From an uncultured Spirochaetales bacterium (GTDB lineage: Bacteria; Spirochaetota; Spirochaetia; DTKZ01), in assembly GCA_937991975.1 (NCBI GenBank), contig CALKLC010000146.1, forward strand, positions 1 to 55,325: 55,325 nucleotides of DNA, given 5' to 3'. A model generated the notes under the pieces. It saw only the letters and a list, made by a program, of their open reading frames with translations. It was not told where the DNA came from and made no database searches. Within the stretch, counting starts at the first letter, position 1, and each line of letters begins with the position of its first letter. Shown piece after piece: positions 16,593 through 25,556 of the stretch. A program made the position numbers and the translations under genes.

Positions 16593-17906
16593 TCAAGATC
16601 GGTAGGCCGGTTTGTACAACGGCCTCTTCACTACCCGTGCCCGTTTCAGGGCACCCCGAATCACAATGTAAATGGTTTTTCCACTCCCTGCAAGATCAGG
16701 CACTATAAAGGCATTTCCCGCAAATGCGTCCAGGCTCGGCGCGTACAGCCCCGTTACCACCCGGCCCACGGTTTTCCCTGTTTCGTCTGCCACCGGGTAC
16801 CCTGCCCGGGGTACAGATCGATCTTCCATCACGAAGGTGGCGAGCTTTTCCTTTGGTCCCTCCTCTTTTCGTTTTATAACTGCATCCCTCCCCACAAAAG
16901 GTTTTTCTAAATCGCAGGCCCAGAGGAGGGATGCTTCCACCGGAGTAATCTCCTCTGAAAGTTCGTGACCGTAGAGGGCAAACCCTGGTTCGAACCGGAG
17001 GGAATCCCGGGCTGCCAGTCCTGCAGGTCCTGCCTCGATTCCCAGGTTTTGGGCTGCGGAAAGGATCGCCTCCCACACAAAGGGAGTTCTGTCCCACGGT
17101 GGAAAGATCTCCACCCCATCCTCGCCCGTGTAGCCGGTTCGCCCAACCAGGCACCGCACGCCGGGGTAAGGATCAGCATGGGTCAAGTGGTTCGCCCTGG
17201 TAACCGATGCACCCCTCTGATCCGTTACATGCGGGGGTTCGCTCAGTAACTCCTTTCCCATCCACACCCACGACCAGCCGAACCGCTCAGGGGGAGTCCA
17301 GCGTTTCCCCCCCTCGTCTAGAGTAATCCGGGTCAGAATCTCCAGAGCTCGGGGACCCTGGAAGGCAATCATTCCGAAACGAGAGGAAAGGTCCTCTACC
17401 TTTACAGGAGTTGCGCCCCCCTGTGAAGTGAGAAGTGTATTCCATTCATTTACCGGTTCCCCCCCACCCGCTGCAGCAGGCATCGCACTCCCTTCTTTTG
17501 CCGGGATGGCGCTTCCTCTCCGTGCCCACTGCTGGAACCAGGCAAGGTCCTTTTCCATATTGGAGGCATTCACCACGATGAACCATTCTTCCTCACCCAA
17601 CCGGTACGCAAATAGGTCATCCAGCACCCCTCCATCCTCCCGAAGAAGGAGGGAATACCGCGAATAACCCACTTTCAGATCGGAGAGACGGGCTGTGAGA
17701 AGGGTGTCCAGTAGCTGGGTAGCACCCGGGCCATAGATCCGAATCCGACCCATGTGGCAGGTATCGAAAAGACCCGCGGAACGCCGGACCAACCGATGTT
17801 CCTCGATCGGCCCAGTTGGATACTGAATCGGCATTTCCCACCCCGCAAAGGGGACCATCTTTGCTCCCAGGGAAAGGTGTGTGGTATAGAGTATTGTTCG
17901 CTTCAT
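16593..17906 (-). CDS. gcvT: Glycine cleavage system aminomethyltransferase T, with insertions
   Basis: 437 aa. [46 protein letters not shown]. About 70 aa longer than typical GcvT because of two hydrophilic inserts. Confidence 0.9.
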   Translation of the reverse strand: MKRTILYTTHLSLGAKMVPFAGWEMPIQYPTGPIEEHRLVRRSAGLFDTCHMGRIRIYGPGATQLLDTLLTARLSDLKVGYSRYSLLLREDGGVLDDLFAYRLGEEEWFIVVNASNMEKDLAWFQQWARRGSAIPAKEGSAMPAAAGGGEPVNEWNTLLTSQGGATPVKVEDLSSRFGMIAFQGPRALEILTRITLDEGGKRWTPPERFGWSWVWMGKELLSEPPHVTDQRGASVTRANHLTHADPYPGVRCLVGRTGYTGEDGVEIFPPWDRTPFVWEAILSAAQNLGIEAGPAGLAARDSLRFEPGFALYGHELSEEITPVEASLLWACDLEKPFVGRDAVIKRKEEGPKEKLATFVMEDRSVPRAGYPVADETGKTVGRVVTGLYAPSLDAFAGNAFIVPDLAGSGKTIYIVIRGALKRARVVKRPLYKPAYRS

Positions 17907-17978
17907 ATACCGAGGGTAGTACTAAAACGCGAAATTGCCAATTGCCGTTTTCTATCGTTCCCTGTACACTCTGCAGGT

Positions 17979-18875
17979 ATGGAAATACTGGGAAAAGAGT
18001 GGAGGCCAGGAGACGGGGTCATTCTGGCTGATGGTGCCTGGGGTACAGAGTTCTTAAAAAGAGGGTTAACGCAGGGGAACCCAGCCGAAGAATGGAACTT
18101 GACAAAGCCGAAGGAAGTACAGGCCATTGCGCGGGAATACCTGGCCGCGGGTAGCCGGATCATCCTGACCAATACGTTCCAGGGTAGCCGTTTTCAGCTG
18201 GAGAGGCATGGGCTGGAATCCAAAGTACGAGAGATAAACCGTATTGGAGCCTCTCTTACCCGGGAAGTGTGCGAAGGGTCCGCCATTACGGCGGGAGACA
18301 TCGGGCCCTCAGGCAAACTCCTCCTTATGGGGGAAGTTTCAGAGCAAGATCTTTTCGAGGCCTTTCAGGAACAGGCTGTAGCGTTGAAAGAGGGGGGAGC
18401 CCAGTGGATCGTAGTGGAAACAATGTCGGATATTGGGGAGATGGAGATAGCGGTAAAGGCCGCTGTATCCACCGGCCTTCCTGTTGTAGCCTCTATGACC
18501 TACGAGCGGAATCCAGCAGGATACCGTACCTTCATGGGGCATACCCCTGAAGATGCCGTTGCTGCAGCCTTGAAAGCGGGGGCCTTCTGCATCGGTGCCA
18601 ACTGTGGTAGTGGGGTGGATACCTACGTGGAGTTAGCCTCCGTACTTCGGTCCCTCACGGATACACCCGTGTGGATCAAAGCAAATGCAGGCCTTCCTGA
18701 ACTGGTAGAGGGCAAAACCCACTATCGGATGGATCCAGAAACCTACGCCCGGTATGTTCCTTCCCTGGTAGAGGCAGGAGTCGACTTCATCGGAGGGTGC
18801 TGCGGAACCAGCCCCGCCTTTATCCGTAAGATAGCGGAGGTGATCCGGGACCACCTGTTCTTTCCTGCTGGATAG
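17979..18875 (+). CDS. Homocysteine S-methyltransferase-domain protein (MmuM / MetH N-terminal-domain-like)
   Basis: Part of ORF 17754..18875. ATG at 17979 (MEILGKEW). ILADGAWGTEF, IILTNTFQGS, NCGSG and the C-terminal zinc-ligand motif IGGCCGTSP. Confidence 0.8.
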   Translation: MEILGKEWRPGDGVILADGAWGTEFLKRGLTQGNPAEEWNLTKPKEVQAIAREYLAAGSRIILTNTFQGSRFQLERHGLESKVREINRIGASLTREVCEGSAITAGDIGPSGKLLLMGEVSEQDLFEAFQEQAVALKEGGAQWIVVETMSDIGEMEIAVKAAVSTGLPVVASMTYERNPAGYRTFMGHTPEDAVAAALKAGAFCIGANCGSGVDTYVELASVLRSLTDTPVWIKANAGLPELVEGKTHYRMDPETYARYVPSLVEAGVDFIGGCCGTSPAFIRKIAEVIRDHLFFPAG

Positions 18876-18998
18876 GGGGCTTATTAGTCTCATTGTTTCG
18901 ATAGCCCACGCTGCGCAGCTTCTCCCTCTGTGCATACTAAATAGTTCTTAAATGTTGATTCCAGGAGACGGGTTCCACCCTTTGGAATAATCCGCAAA

Positions 18999-19295
18999 GT
19001 ATCCACAAGTTATTCACAATTCCCCTTTCTAAACCAGGGTCTTTCCCTCGCGTCTTCCTTTCTGAAAAAACCTGCCCCTTTAGCATACCCAGAGAGGCAA
19101 TTCATTATCCAAAAGATCTCCAAAACGGGGGTAACGTATAAATCCCCTGTTTTCGGGGAAATTTTCGATTTTTTTCTACGCAGAATTGAAGCAGGATGCA
19201 TTTCTTTTCTGTCTAGTATATCCCCCTAAAAGAAATACCCGATTCCCCCATTGTGCCTGTAGATATTTCCAGATAGTATCCACAACTTATCCACA
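18999..19295 (+). promoter_or_regulatory. DnaA-box cluster (candidate oriC part or DnaA-titration site)
   Basis: Same-orientation boxes: GTATCCACA 18999-19007, TTATTCACA 19010-19018, TTATCCAAA 19105-19113, GTATCCACA 19276-19284, and TTATCCACA 19287-19295 (perfect). Two box pairs have 2-nt spacing. An AT/T-rich stretch lies at about 19150-19215. Confidence 0.6.
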
Positions 19296-19410
19296 GCTGG
19301 AGGAATCGGGCTATTTCCTGTGGGACTCTGCGTCCCCTATGGCCTCCCACGTCCCAAGGCCGCAGGACTCTATTGGCAGTGCTATAGCAGCGCTATAAAA
19401 ACCCACTTTT

Positions 19411-20076
19411 CTATTTTCCCCGGTCTACTCCCCGGTAATAGATCCGCACCTGTTTGTACAGTCCTTCCCCTTCACTCTTCGTGTCCACGTCCTCGAAATC
19501 GTTCAACGCAGTGTGGATGAGCCGCCGTTCAAAGGGATTCATCGGTTCCAGCAGGCGGGAACCCTTGGTTCGACGGACCTGTTCGCCGATCTTCCGGGCC
19601 ATCCGTATCAGGTTCTGTTCCCTCCGGCTGCGATAGTTCTCCGAGTCGATCACAACCCGCATTTCATCATTGGAAAGCTTTCCTGCCACCACATTGGCCA
19701 GGAGCTGGATCGCATCGAGGTTCTTCCCCTTCCGTCCGATCAGGATACTGGAGTGTTCGGACTCGATCCGTAAGCCGATCTTCTTGTCCTCCCGAAAGGA
19801 GATGGACACTGTTCCCGGATACCCCATTTTGGTGATCACGTTCTCCACGAAATCCACGATCGCATGCTCGAAATCGTTCTCCGGACCTTTCTTTTCGGGC
19901 GGAAGGTCTTCATCGTCCACATGGACCCGGATCACCACCTTCCCTTTTTTGAACAGAAACCCTGATTTTTGGGCTTCGACGATCTCCACGTCGAACTCGT
20001 CCCGATTCAGCCCCAATGCTTCCACAGCCTTATCGATCGCTTCCTTTTCCGTACGTCCTTCAAATTCTTTCACCAT
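19411..20076 (-). CDS. jag: Jag/KhpB RNA-binding protein (KH + R3H)
   Basis: 221 aa. Jag_N-like start MVKEFEGRTEKEAIDKA, KH-like middle, R3H motif EPMNPFERRLIHTAL. Follows yidC. Confidence 0.85.
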   Translation of the reverse strand: MVKEFEGRTEKEAIDKAVEALGLNRDEFDVEIVEAQKSGFLFKKGKVVIRVHVDDEDLPPEKKGPENDFEHAIVDFVENVITKMGYPGTVSISFREDKKIGLRIESEHSSILIGRKGKNLDAIQLLANVVAGKLSNDEMRVVIDSENYRSRREQNLIRMARKIGEQVRRTKGSRLLEPMNPFERRLIHTALNDFEDVDTKSEGEGLYKQVRIYYRGVDRGK

Positions 20077-20097
20077 ATGTTAACTCCTCGAGATAGA

Positions 20098-21858
20098 TTA
20101 CTGGGAAACCCTCCTTTTCCTGTTGATGTACAGCTGCTGGAAAATGGTGAGGATGTTCATCACGATCCAGTACACCAGTAGACCGGAAGGTACATCATAC
20201 AGGATGAAGAAAAAGATGATGGGAATACCGTAAGTCATCATCTTCATCTGGGCATTGGAAGCGGTGCCTGCCGTCTGGGTAAACATCCCACTGATCAACT
20301 GGGTAATGACGAAAAGGATCGGCAGCAACCGAATATCACTCCATCCGACGATAGGCAGTTTGTGGGGAGCAAAACTATAGATCGATTCCGGTGCGGATAG
20401 ATCCGTAATCCAGGGGGGGATGAACGCAGCCCCTCGAAGATCGAAATGTTTACTGAACAACCCATACATGGCAAAGAAGATGGGGATCTGGAGAAGCATG
20501 GGAAGGCACCCGCTCATGGGATTGATCCCTTCCCTCTTGTAGAGTTCTGCCATCTCCTGGTTCAGCTTCGTGGGATTGTCCTTGTACTTTCGTTTCAGTT
20601 CCTCCATCTTAGGTGCGAGGGTCTGCATCTTACTCGTAGATTCGTAACTCTTATGGGTAAGGGGGAACATGAGGATCTTCATTACGATGGTTACCAGGAT
20701 GATGGCCACCCCCCAGTTGGGAATGATCCCATAGAACAGACGGAGGAGGAACTTCAGGATCCCTTCCAGCCAGCCCAGGAAGATACTCGAATCGATCGCT
20801 TCATCGAAGTTCATGTCCTGCAGGCCAAACGCATTATCGTTCCTATTGTTGTACCTGCTCAGGTATTTGGATACCTTCGGTCCCAGATAGAACCGGTACG
20901 TATCGGTCTGGCGGGCTGTACGGATCACGGGCCGGGCAATGTAGATCTGAGCCGATTGGGGGATTCCTTCTACGGGGGTTGTAGAGAGAAGGATGGAATA
21001 CTCAGGCACCACAGGGGAAGCAATCACAGTGAAGTACTTGCCCACGATCCCCACCCAGGTGGGTTTTTCGGTCACTTCCTTTTCCTTTCCCTCCGGGACC
21101 TTTACCTCTTTCCGCTTCTTTTCCACATAGCTATAGAAATGACGATAGTCCCCCTGGCCGTCCAGCTTGGTGAACTGGGGGCCCAACTGGGGCCCGTACC
21201 GCAGGGTGTAGGCAACGTTGTTGAAGTTCAGGGGAATCACAGAGTTCAGGTTGGAATCTTCCAGAACGATGTCGATCTGCATCAGGTATTCCCCGGGTTT
21301 GAACAGGTACCGTTTCGTCAACCGAAAGGCTGAGTCCGGAAACCCGGTCACCTCGAACTCCCGGTAGAACTCGATCGTGTGCGCATCCACCCTCCGTACA
21401 AAGAAGGGTACGTCCAGGGCAGGAGCCCCTGGCCCTCCAAAAGAAAGGGAAAAGGCGCCAGGATCCTTCGCGGCTGGCAGTACCATATCTACCAGGTCGT
21501 CCTTATCCCTGTGCTCTTTCAGTTTGAGAGACTTTACCACCCCACCCTTTGTGGAAAAGGTTGCTAAAAAAAAGTCTGTTTCCAGGGTAACGGTCGATTC
21601 ACCCGGTTCTGTTTCCCCTTTCAGGGGAACGATCGTCCCTGTGGCAGGGATCGGTTGTGAGGAAGGGGGAACTACAGGAGAGACGGTAGGCGCCTCCACC
21701 GGTTTGGTCGTAGGCGGAGTAGCCTGCGCCGGGGAAGCTTGTTCTGTTTGCGGTGCAGGGGCCGGGGGAACGGGTGGGTAGAAGTAGTTCTGAATCATGA
21801 ACCCGATGGTAATGACAAGAACGGATAGAACGACAGCTAATAGAGTATTCTTTTCCAT
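20098..21858 (-). CDS. yidC: Membrane protein insertase YidC
   Basis: 586 aa. N-terminal TM, large periplasmic domain, and a C-terminal 60-kDa insertase core (NWGVAIILVTIVMKILMFPLT, GCLPMLLQIPIFFAMY). Confidence 0.92.
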   Translation of the reverse strand: MEKNTLLAVVLSVLVITIGFMIQNYFYPPVPPAPAPQTEQASPAQATPPTTKPVEAPTVSPVVPPSSQPIPATGTIVPLKGETEPGESTVTLETDFFLATFSTKGGVVKSLKLKEHRDKDDLVDMVLPAAKDPGAFSLSFGGPGAPALDVPFFVRRVDAHTIEFYREFEVTGFPDSAFRLTKRYLFKPGEYLMQIDIVLEDSNLNSVIPLNFNNVAYTLRYGPQLGPQFTKLDGQGDYRHFYSYVEKKRKEVKVPEGKEKEVTEKPTWVGIVGKYFTVIASPVVPEYSILLSTTPVEGIPQSAQIYIARPVIRTARQTDTYRFYLGPKVSKYLSRYNNRNDNAFGLQDMNFDEAIDSSIFLGWLEGILKFLLRLFYGIIPNWGVAIILVTIVMKILMFPLTHKSYESTSKMQTLAPKMEELKRKYKDNPTKLNQEMAELYKREGINPMSGCLPMLLQIPIFFAMYGLFSKHFDLRGAAFIPPWITDLSAPESIYSFAPHKLPIVGWSDIRLLPILFVITQLISGMFTQTAGTASNAQMKMMTYGIPIIFFFILYDVPSGLLVYWIVMNILTIFQQLYINRKRRVSQ

Positions 21859-21885
21859 GAAAATCCTTTCTCCCTGAATTGGAAT

Positions 21886-22128
21886 CTACGGAACAGGATC
21901 GTATCCGCCTGGGTTTCCCGGATGGCACCGAAGGATTCTTCGTACCCCCAACCAGGTTCCTCTACCAGCTCCGTACTTCTTTACCGCTTCCAGTGTGTAG
22001 GCCGAGCAAGAGGGGTAGAACCGACAGGAGGGAGGAAACAGAGGAGAAACGATGGTTCGGTATCCTTGAATCAGTAAAATGACAAACTTATCGGTTCCCC
22101 TCTGAAGGCTCCTCAAGAAGCCCTGCAT
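21886..22128 (-). CDS. yidD: Membrane protein insertion efficiency factor YidD
   Basis: Part of ORF 21886..22167. [31 protein letters not shown]...RILRCHP motif. Start taken at ATG 22126-22128, so the start is uncertain. Confidence 0.85.
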   Translation of the reverse strand: MQGFLRSLQRGTDKFVILLIQGYRTIVSPLFPPSCRFYPSCSAYTLEAVKKYGAGRGTWLGVRRILRCHPGNPGGYDPVP

Positions 22129-22450
22129 TCCTGAGGAGAGAGGAGATTTGCTGGAATCTTTCCTCATAGGTAAATTCTCCTGGATACAGGATGAATGCCA
22201 GATCGTACCCTGTTTTCACCCCTTGCTTGACCTGCCTGAAAGCTTCTTTTCCCAGCCTACGGGTCCGGTTCCGTTCCACTGCAGTACGGAGCTTCCGGGT
22301 GGGGATGAACACTACCCGGTTGTACTCTAACCCGTTTGCTCGGAAAAGAAGCTTCGCGCCGGGGCATCCTACTTTCCGGCCCGAAGAAAGGACCTCTTGA
22401 ATGAGGGATGCCCCCCGAAGCCTCTCCTGCCTAGTAAGGCTTCTTTTCAT
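22088..22450 (-). CDS. rnpA: Ribonuclease P protein component
   Basis: 120 aa, basic, with the [18 protein letters not shown] (RNR motif) region. Sits between rpmH and yidD. Confidence 0.88.
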   Translation of the reverse strand: MKRSLTRQERLRGASLIQEVLSSGRKVGCPGAKLLFRANGLEYNRVVFIPTRKLRTAVERNRTRRLGKEAFRQVKQGVKTGYDLAFILYPGEFTYEERFQQISSLLRNAGLLEEPSEGNR

Positions 22451-22586
22451 CGGAAACCGTGAGTTTCTTTCTTCCCTTTCTCCGTCTCCGCATCAGGATC
22501 TGCCGGCCAGACTTCGTCTTCATCCGTGCACGAAAGCCAAATTTACGAACTCTCCTGCGTCTACTCGGTTGATAGGTGCGCTTCAT
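22431..22586 (-). CDS. rpmH: 50S ribosomal protein L34
   Basis: Not in the ORF track (under 60 aa). Hand translation from ATG 22584-22586 (RBS AGGAGA) gives [52 protein letters not shown] 7-aa tail overlaps the rnpA start by 20 nt. Confidence 0.9.
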   Translation of the reverse strand: MKRTYQPSRRRRVRKFGFRARMKTKSGRQILMRRRRKGRKKLTVSDEKKPY

Positions 22587-22654
22587 ATACGATTTCTCCT
22601 AAGAACAAAATTCCGGGTAGGGTAGTATACGAAGTAGAGCTGACTCTGTCAATT

Positions 22655-23158
22655 CTAGTGCTTCGAACGTTTCTTGATCTCCTTTCCCAGATTCTCCAGG
22701 GCCTTTCGAAGCCGATGGTCTTTGATGAATGCGGGTTGTGCACTCGATCGCTGCACTCTTGGGGTTTGCTCACTCGGAACTTGAGTGACCGATGAGCCAG
22801 GAGGAGCGTATCCTCGATCCACCTGATCTGGATCCATATGGGGTTCTTCGGCCGCTGTGCCTTTCAAACGGAAATGAACCGCGGTGATTTCGAGGGAAGG
22901 GTGTTTTTTCTGGATTCGGTGCAAGATCCTTTTCTGTTTCAGCTGGAACATCTGCATCCATCCTGGATGATCGACCTCCAGCACGAGCGCTTTCCTGCGT
23001 ATATCGATGGGCCGGACATGGCAGGCAAGATCTACTCCCACCAGATCCAACCAATCAGAAAAGAAGGAAACGTACGCCTGCCCCTCCTTAAAGTTCAAAT
23101 GATTGAACAGGTCTTTGAGAACGTCTCCTGCTTTCTGGATATCATCCCGATTTCCCAT
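22655..23158 (-). CDS. DUF721 (DciA-like) protein
   Basis: 167 aa. ...VRPIDIRRKALVLEVDHPGWMQMFQLKQKRILHRI matches the DUF721 pattern. Canonical position after recF. Low-complexity C-terminal tail. Confidence 0.7.
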   Translation of the reverse strand: MGNRDDIQKAGDVLKDLFNHLNFKEGQAYVSFFSDWLDLVGVDLACHVRPIDIRRKALVLEVDHPGWMQMFQLKQKRILHRIQKKHPSLEITAVHFRLKGTAAEEPHMDPDQVDRGYAPPGSSVTQVPSEQTPRVQRSSAQPAFIKDHRLRKALENLGKEIKKRSKH

Positions 23159-24233
23159 CAGCCTTCAGCACTCCTTTCAATACAGTATACACCTGTGTCG
23201 TGGAACTCAGATAGGTCTGGTAGGGCTCGTCCGGAAGGAAAGTGAAAAAGGCCTGCTCATACGCTGGAAGAAAGGAAAAAAACCGTTTCCGCCGAAAGAG
23301 ATCCATCTCCAGCAGTACATCATCCAGAAGGAGGATAGGTTTACGAGCAGTTTTTTCGGAATAGAACAGGGCCTGGGCCGTCTTCAACACAAGGGAGGCC
23401 AGACGGATCTGGCCGTTGGAGGCTGACGTAGAAAACTCCCCTTCCCCAAAGAGGAACCGAAAACGATCCCGGTGAGGCCCGGAGCTAGATGATCCGAGGA
23501 ACAGATCCCGTTCCCGCCTTTCCTTGAGAAGGCGCAGGACTTCCTTTACCTCCCCATACTTCCAGGAGGGAAGGTATTCGATGGAAACAGGAATGGGTAG
23601 CTGGGACACTTCCCCAAAGATGGTAGAGAATACTTTTCCGAAGGCATCGACAATCCGTGTACGTGTCTGCGTGATCTCGATCCCTAGCCGACTGAACTCC
23701 TGATCGTATACCTCCAGCACATCGACCTGTCCCTGCTTCAATGCAGCATTCCTCTGTCTGAGGAGTTTCCCATACCGGTTCCAGAGGGAAAGAAACAGAG
23801 GTTCGGCCAGGACAGAAGTCTGGTTGAAGAAGTGCCTCTGCCGTTCCGGGGGTCCTACGATGAACTGGGTATCCTCGGGAATGAACAGGATGGAAGGAAT
23901 CTTCCCAATGAGTTCGCTTCGTTCTCTAATCTCCTTTTCATTCACAGTAATCCGTTTCTGCCCTTCTCTCAAAAGAAACCGAACCTGGATATTTCCTTCG
24001 GTTTCGGAAAGGAACTCCCCCTCTACCGCACATTCCTTTCCTCCCAACCGGATCAGATTCTCATCCTTTTTTGCCCGGAAGGAGGTTCCATAGGAAAGGC
24101 AGTATACTCCTTCCAGGATATTAGTCTTCCCCTGACCGTTCTCTCCCACAAGGAAGATCTCCCTGCCGGAACAACTCCACTGTGTATTTTCCAGGTTCCG
24201 GAATTGGTAGAAACGGATTGTACGGAATCCCAT
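23142..24233 (-). CDS. recF: DNA replication and repair protein RecF
   Basis: 363 aa. Walker A GENGQGKTNILE, signature-like SSSGPHRDRFRF...SNGQIRLASL, Walker B ILLLDDVLLEMD. Confidence 0.92.
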   Translation of the reverse strand: MGFRTIRFYQFRNLENTQWSCSGREIFLVGENGQGKTNILEGVYCLSYGTSFRAKKDENLIRLGGKECAVEGEFLSETEGNIQVRFLLREGQKRITVNEKEIRERSELIGKIPSILFIPEDTQFIVGPPERQRHFFNQTSVLAEPLFLSLWNRYGKLLRQRNAALKQGQVDVLEVYDQEFSRLGIEITQTRTRIVDAFGKVFSTIFGEVSQLPIPVSIEYLPSWKYGEVKEVLRLLKERRERDLFLGSSSSGPHRDRFRFLFGEGEFSTSASNGQIRLASLVLKTAQALFYSEKTARKPILLLDDVLLEMDLFRRKRFFSFLPAYEQAFFTFLPDEPYQTYLSSTTQVYTVLKGVLKADGKSG

Positions 24234-24236
24234 CGA

Positions 24237-25343
24237 TCAATCGAGCTGCATGGGCATCACGATATGGAAGTATTCGGTGCTTTCGGAAGGCCTGATCGTG
24301 AGGGCCCGGTTTGGTTCCGTGTACTCGATCAGTACGGAAGATCCCTCCATCACCCGCAGAGGTTCCAGGAGGTACACGTAATTCAGGGCAATCACATTCT
24401 CCGGCCCCTCGTAATCACAGATCAGTTCCTCCTTGGCCACTCCCAGATCGCTTTCCTCAGAACTCAACACCAAACGACCTTCGGAGAGTTCCAGATAGAT
24501 CCGCTTGGACTTCTGTTCCACCAGGAGGGAGACTCTCTTGATGGCTTCCAGGAGTTCCGGGATGCCTACTTTCAGTTTGTACTTCTGCTCGGCCGGAATG
24601 ACCCGTTGGTAGTTAGGGAATTGTCCTTCGATCAGGGCGGTGGAGAGTTTCTGGTTGTCGAACATGAGAAACACGTTCTTATCGGAAACCGCGATGGAAA
24701 TCGATCCTTCCCCTGAAGCCAGTCGTTGGACCAGGTTCAATGCCTTGGGAGGAATGATCACCTGGTTGAAGTCTGGAATGGGTTCTGAGGAGGGTTTCGA
24801 AATAAAAGAGAGCCTTCTTCCATCCGTGGCCACCATCACAAGCTGATCCTCGGTCTTCTCCATGCATACCCCATTCATGTAGTACCGAGTCTCGTCCTCG
24901 GAAACGGAAAAGATCGTTTGGGTGATCATTTCCTTGAACTGTTTCTGGGGAAAGGAAAAGTAAAGGTTCTCCGCAATGGAGGGAAGTTCGGGGTACTTGT
25001 CCGAAGAGATCGTCTTGAGCTTGAAATCGATCTTCTTGAATACAGGTTTGATGAGGAAGGTACCCTGTTCTTTCTCTTCGAACTCGATATCCCCTTCGGG
25101 CATGGAGCGAAGGATACCCAGGAACTTATCACAGAAGACTGTGGTACTTCCTGGTACGGATACCTCCACAGGAATCTTTGTTTCGAAGGCTACTTTCATG
25201 TCTGTTGCCCGAATCGTTAGGGTACCTTCATGGGCTTCCAGAAGGACGTTCGACAGAATGGAGATAGTGCTCCTGGAAGAGATGATTTCCTGAGCAACAG
25301 AGATCTCCTTTAACAGGGCGTTTTTTTCGCAGGTAAACTTCAT
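24237..25343 (-). CDS. dnaN: DNA polymerase III beta sliding clamp
   Basis: 368 aa, three-domain clamp pattern (MKFTCEKNALLKEISVAQ..., TRYYMNGV, ATDGRRLS, C-terminal MPMQLD). Lies between dnaA and recF. Confidence 0.95.
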   Translation of the reverse strand: MKFTCEKNALLKEISVAQEIISSRSTISILSNVLLEAHEGTLTIRATDMKVAFETKIPVEVSVPGSTTVFCDKFLGILRSMPEGDIEFEEKEQGTFLIKPVFKKIDFKLKTISSDKYPELPSIAENLYFSFPQKQFKEMITQTIFSVSEDETRYYMNGVCMEKTEDQLVMVATDGRRLSFISKPSSEPIPDFNQVIIPPKALNLVQRLASGEGSISIAVSDKNVFLMFDNQKLSTALIEGQFPNYQRVIPAEQKYKLKVGIPELLEAIKRVSLLVEQKSKRIYLELSEGRLVLSSEESDLGVAKEELICDYEGPENVIALNYVYLLEPLRVMEGSSVLIEYTEPNRALTIRPSESTEYFHIVMPMQLD

Positions 25344-25400
25344 TCTCCTCTCCTCTTTAGATAGATATACTAGAAGTGGTAGTAGTAAGGGTTGTAAGTA

Positions 25401-25543
25401 TGTGGATAATAGGATTATTTGTTCCTACCATAGATAGATAGTTTGCACAGCCTTCCTGTATAACTCTGTACCGGTTATGCACAAGTTGAGTCCTTCTGAA
25501 TGTTGTTCCAGGCTTTTCCATTGTTTTCAACAGTGTATCCACG
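25401..25543. promoter_or_regulatory. DnaA boxes in the dnaA-dnaN spacer
   Basis: TGTGGATAA 25401-25409 (perfect, reverse), TTATGCACA 25475-25483, GTATCCACG 25535-25543. AT-rich tract at 25357-25440. Confidence 0.5.
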
Positions 25544-25556
25544 GGTATTCCCCTTC

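Noticed and set aside
17907-17978. Glycine riboswitch upstream of gcvT
   Set aside because: The spacer is only about 70 bp and lacks the tandem GGAGAG...ACCGAAGGGGCAA-type aptamer cores.
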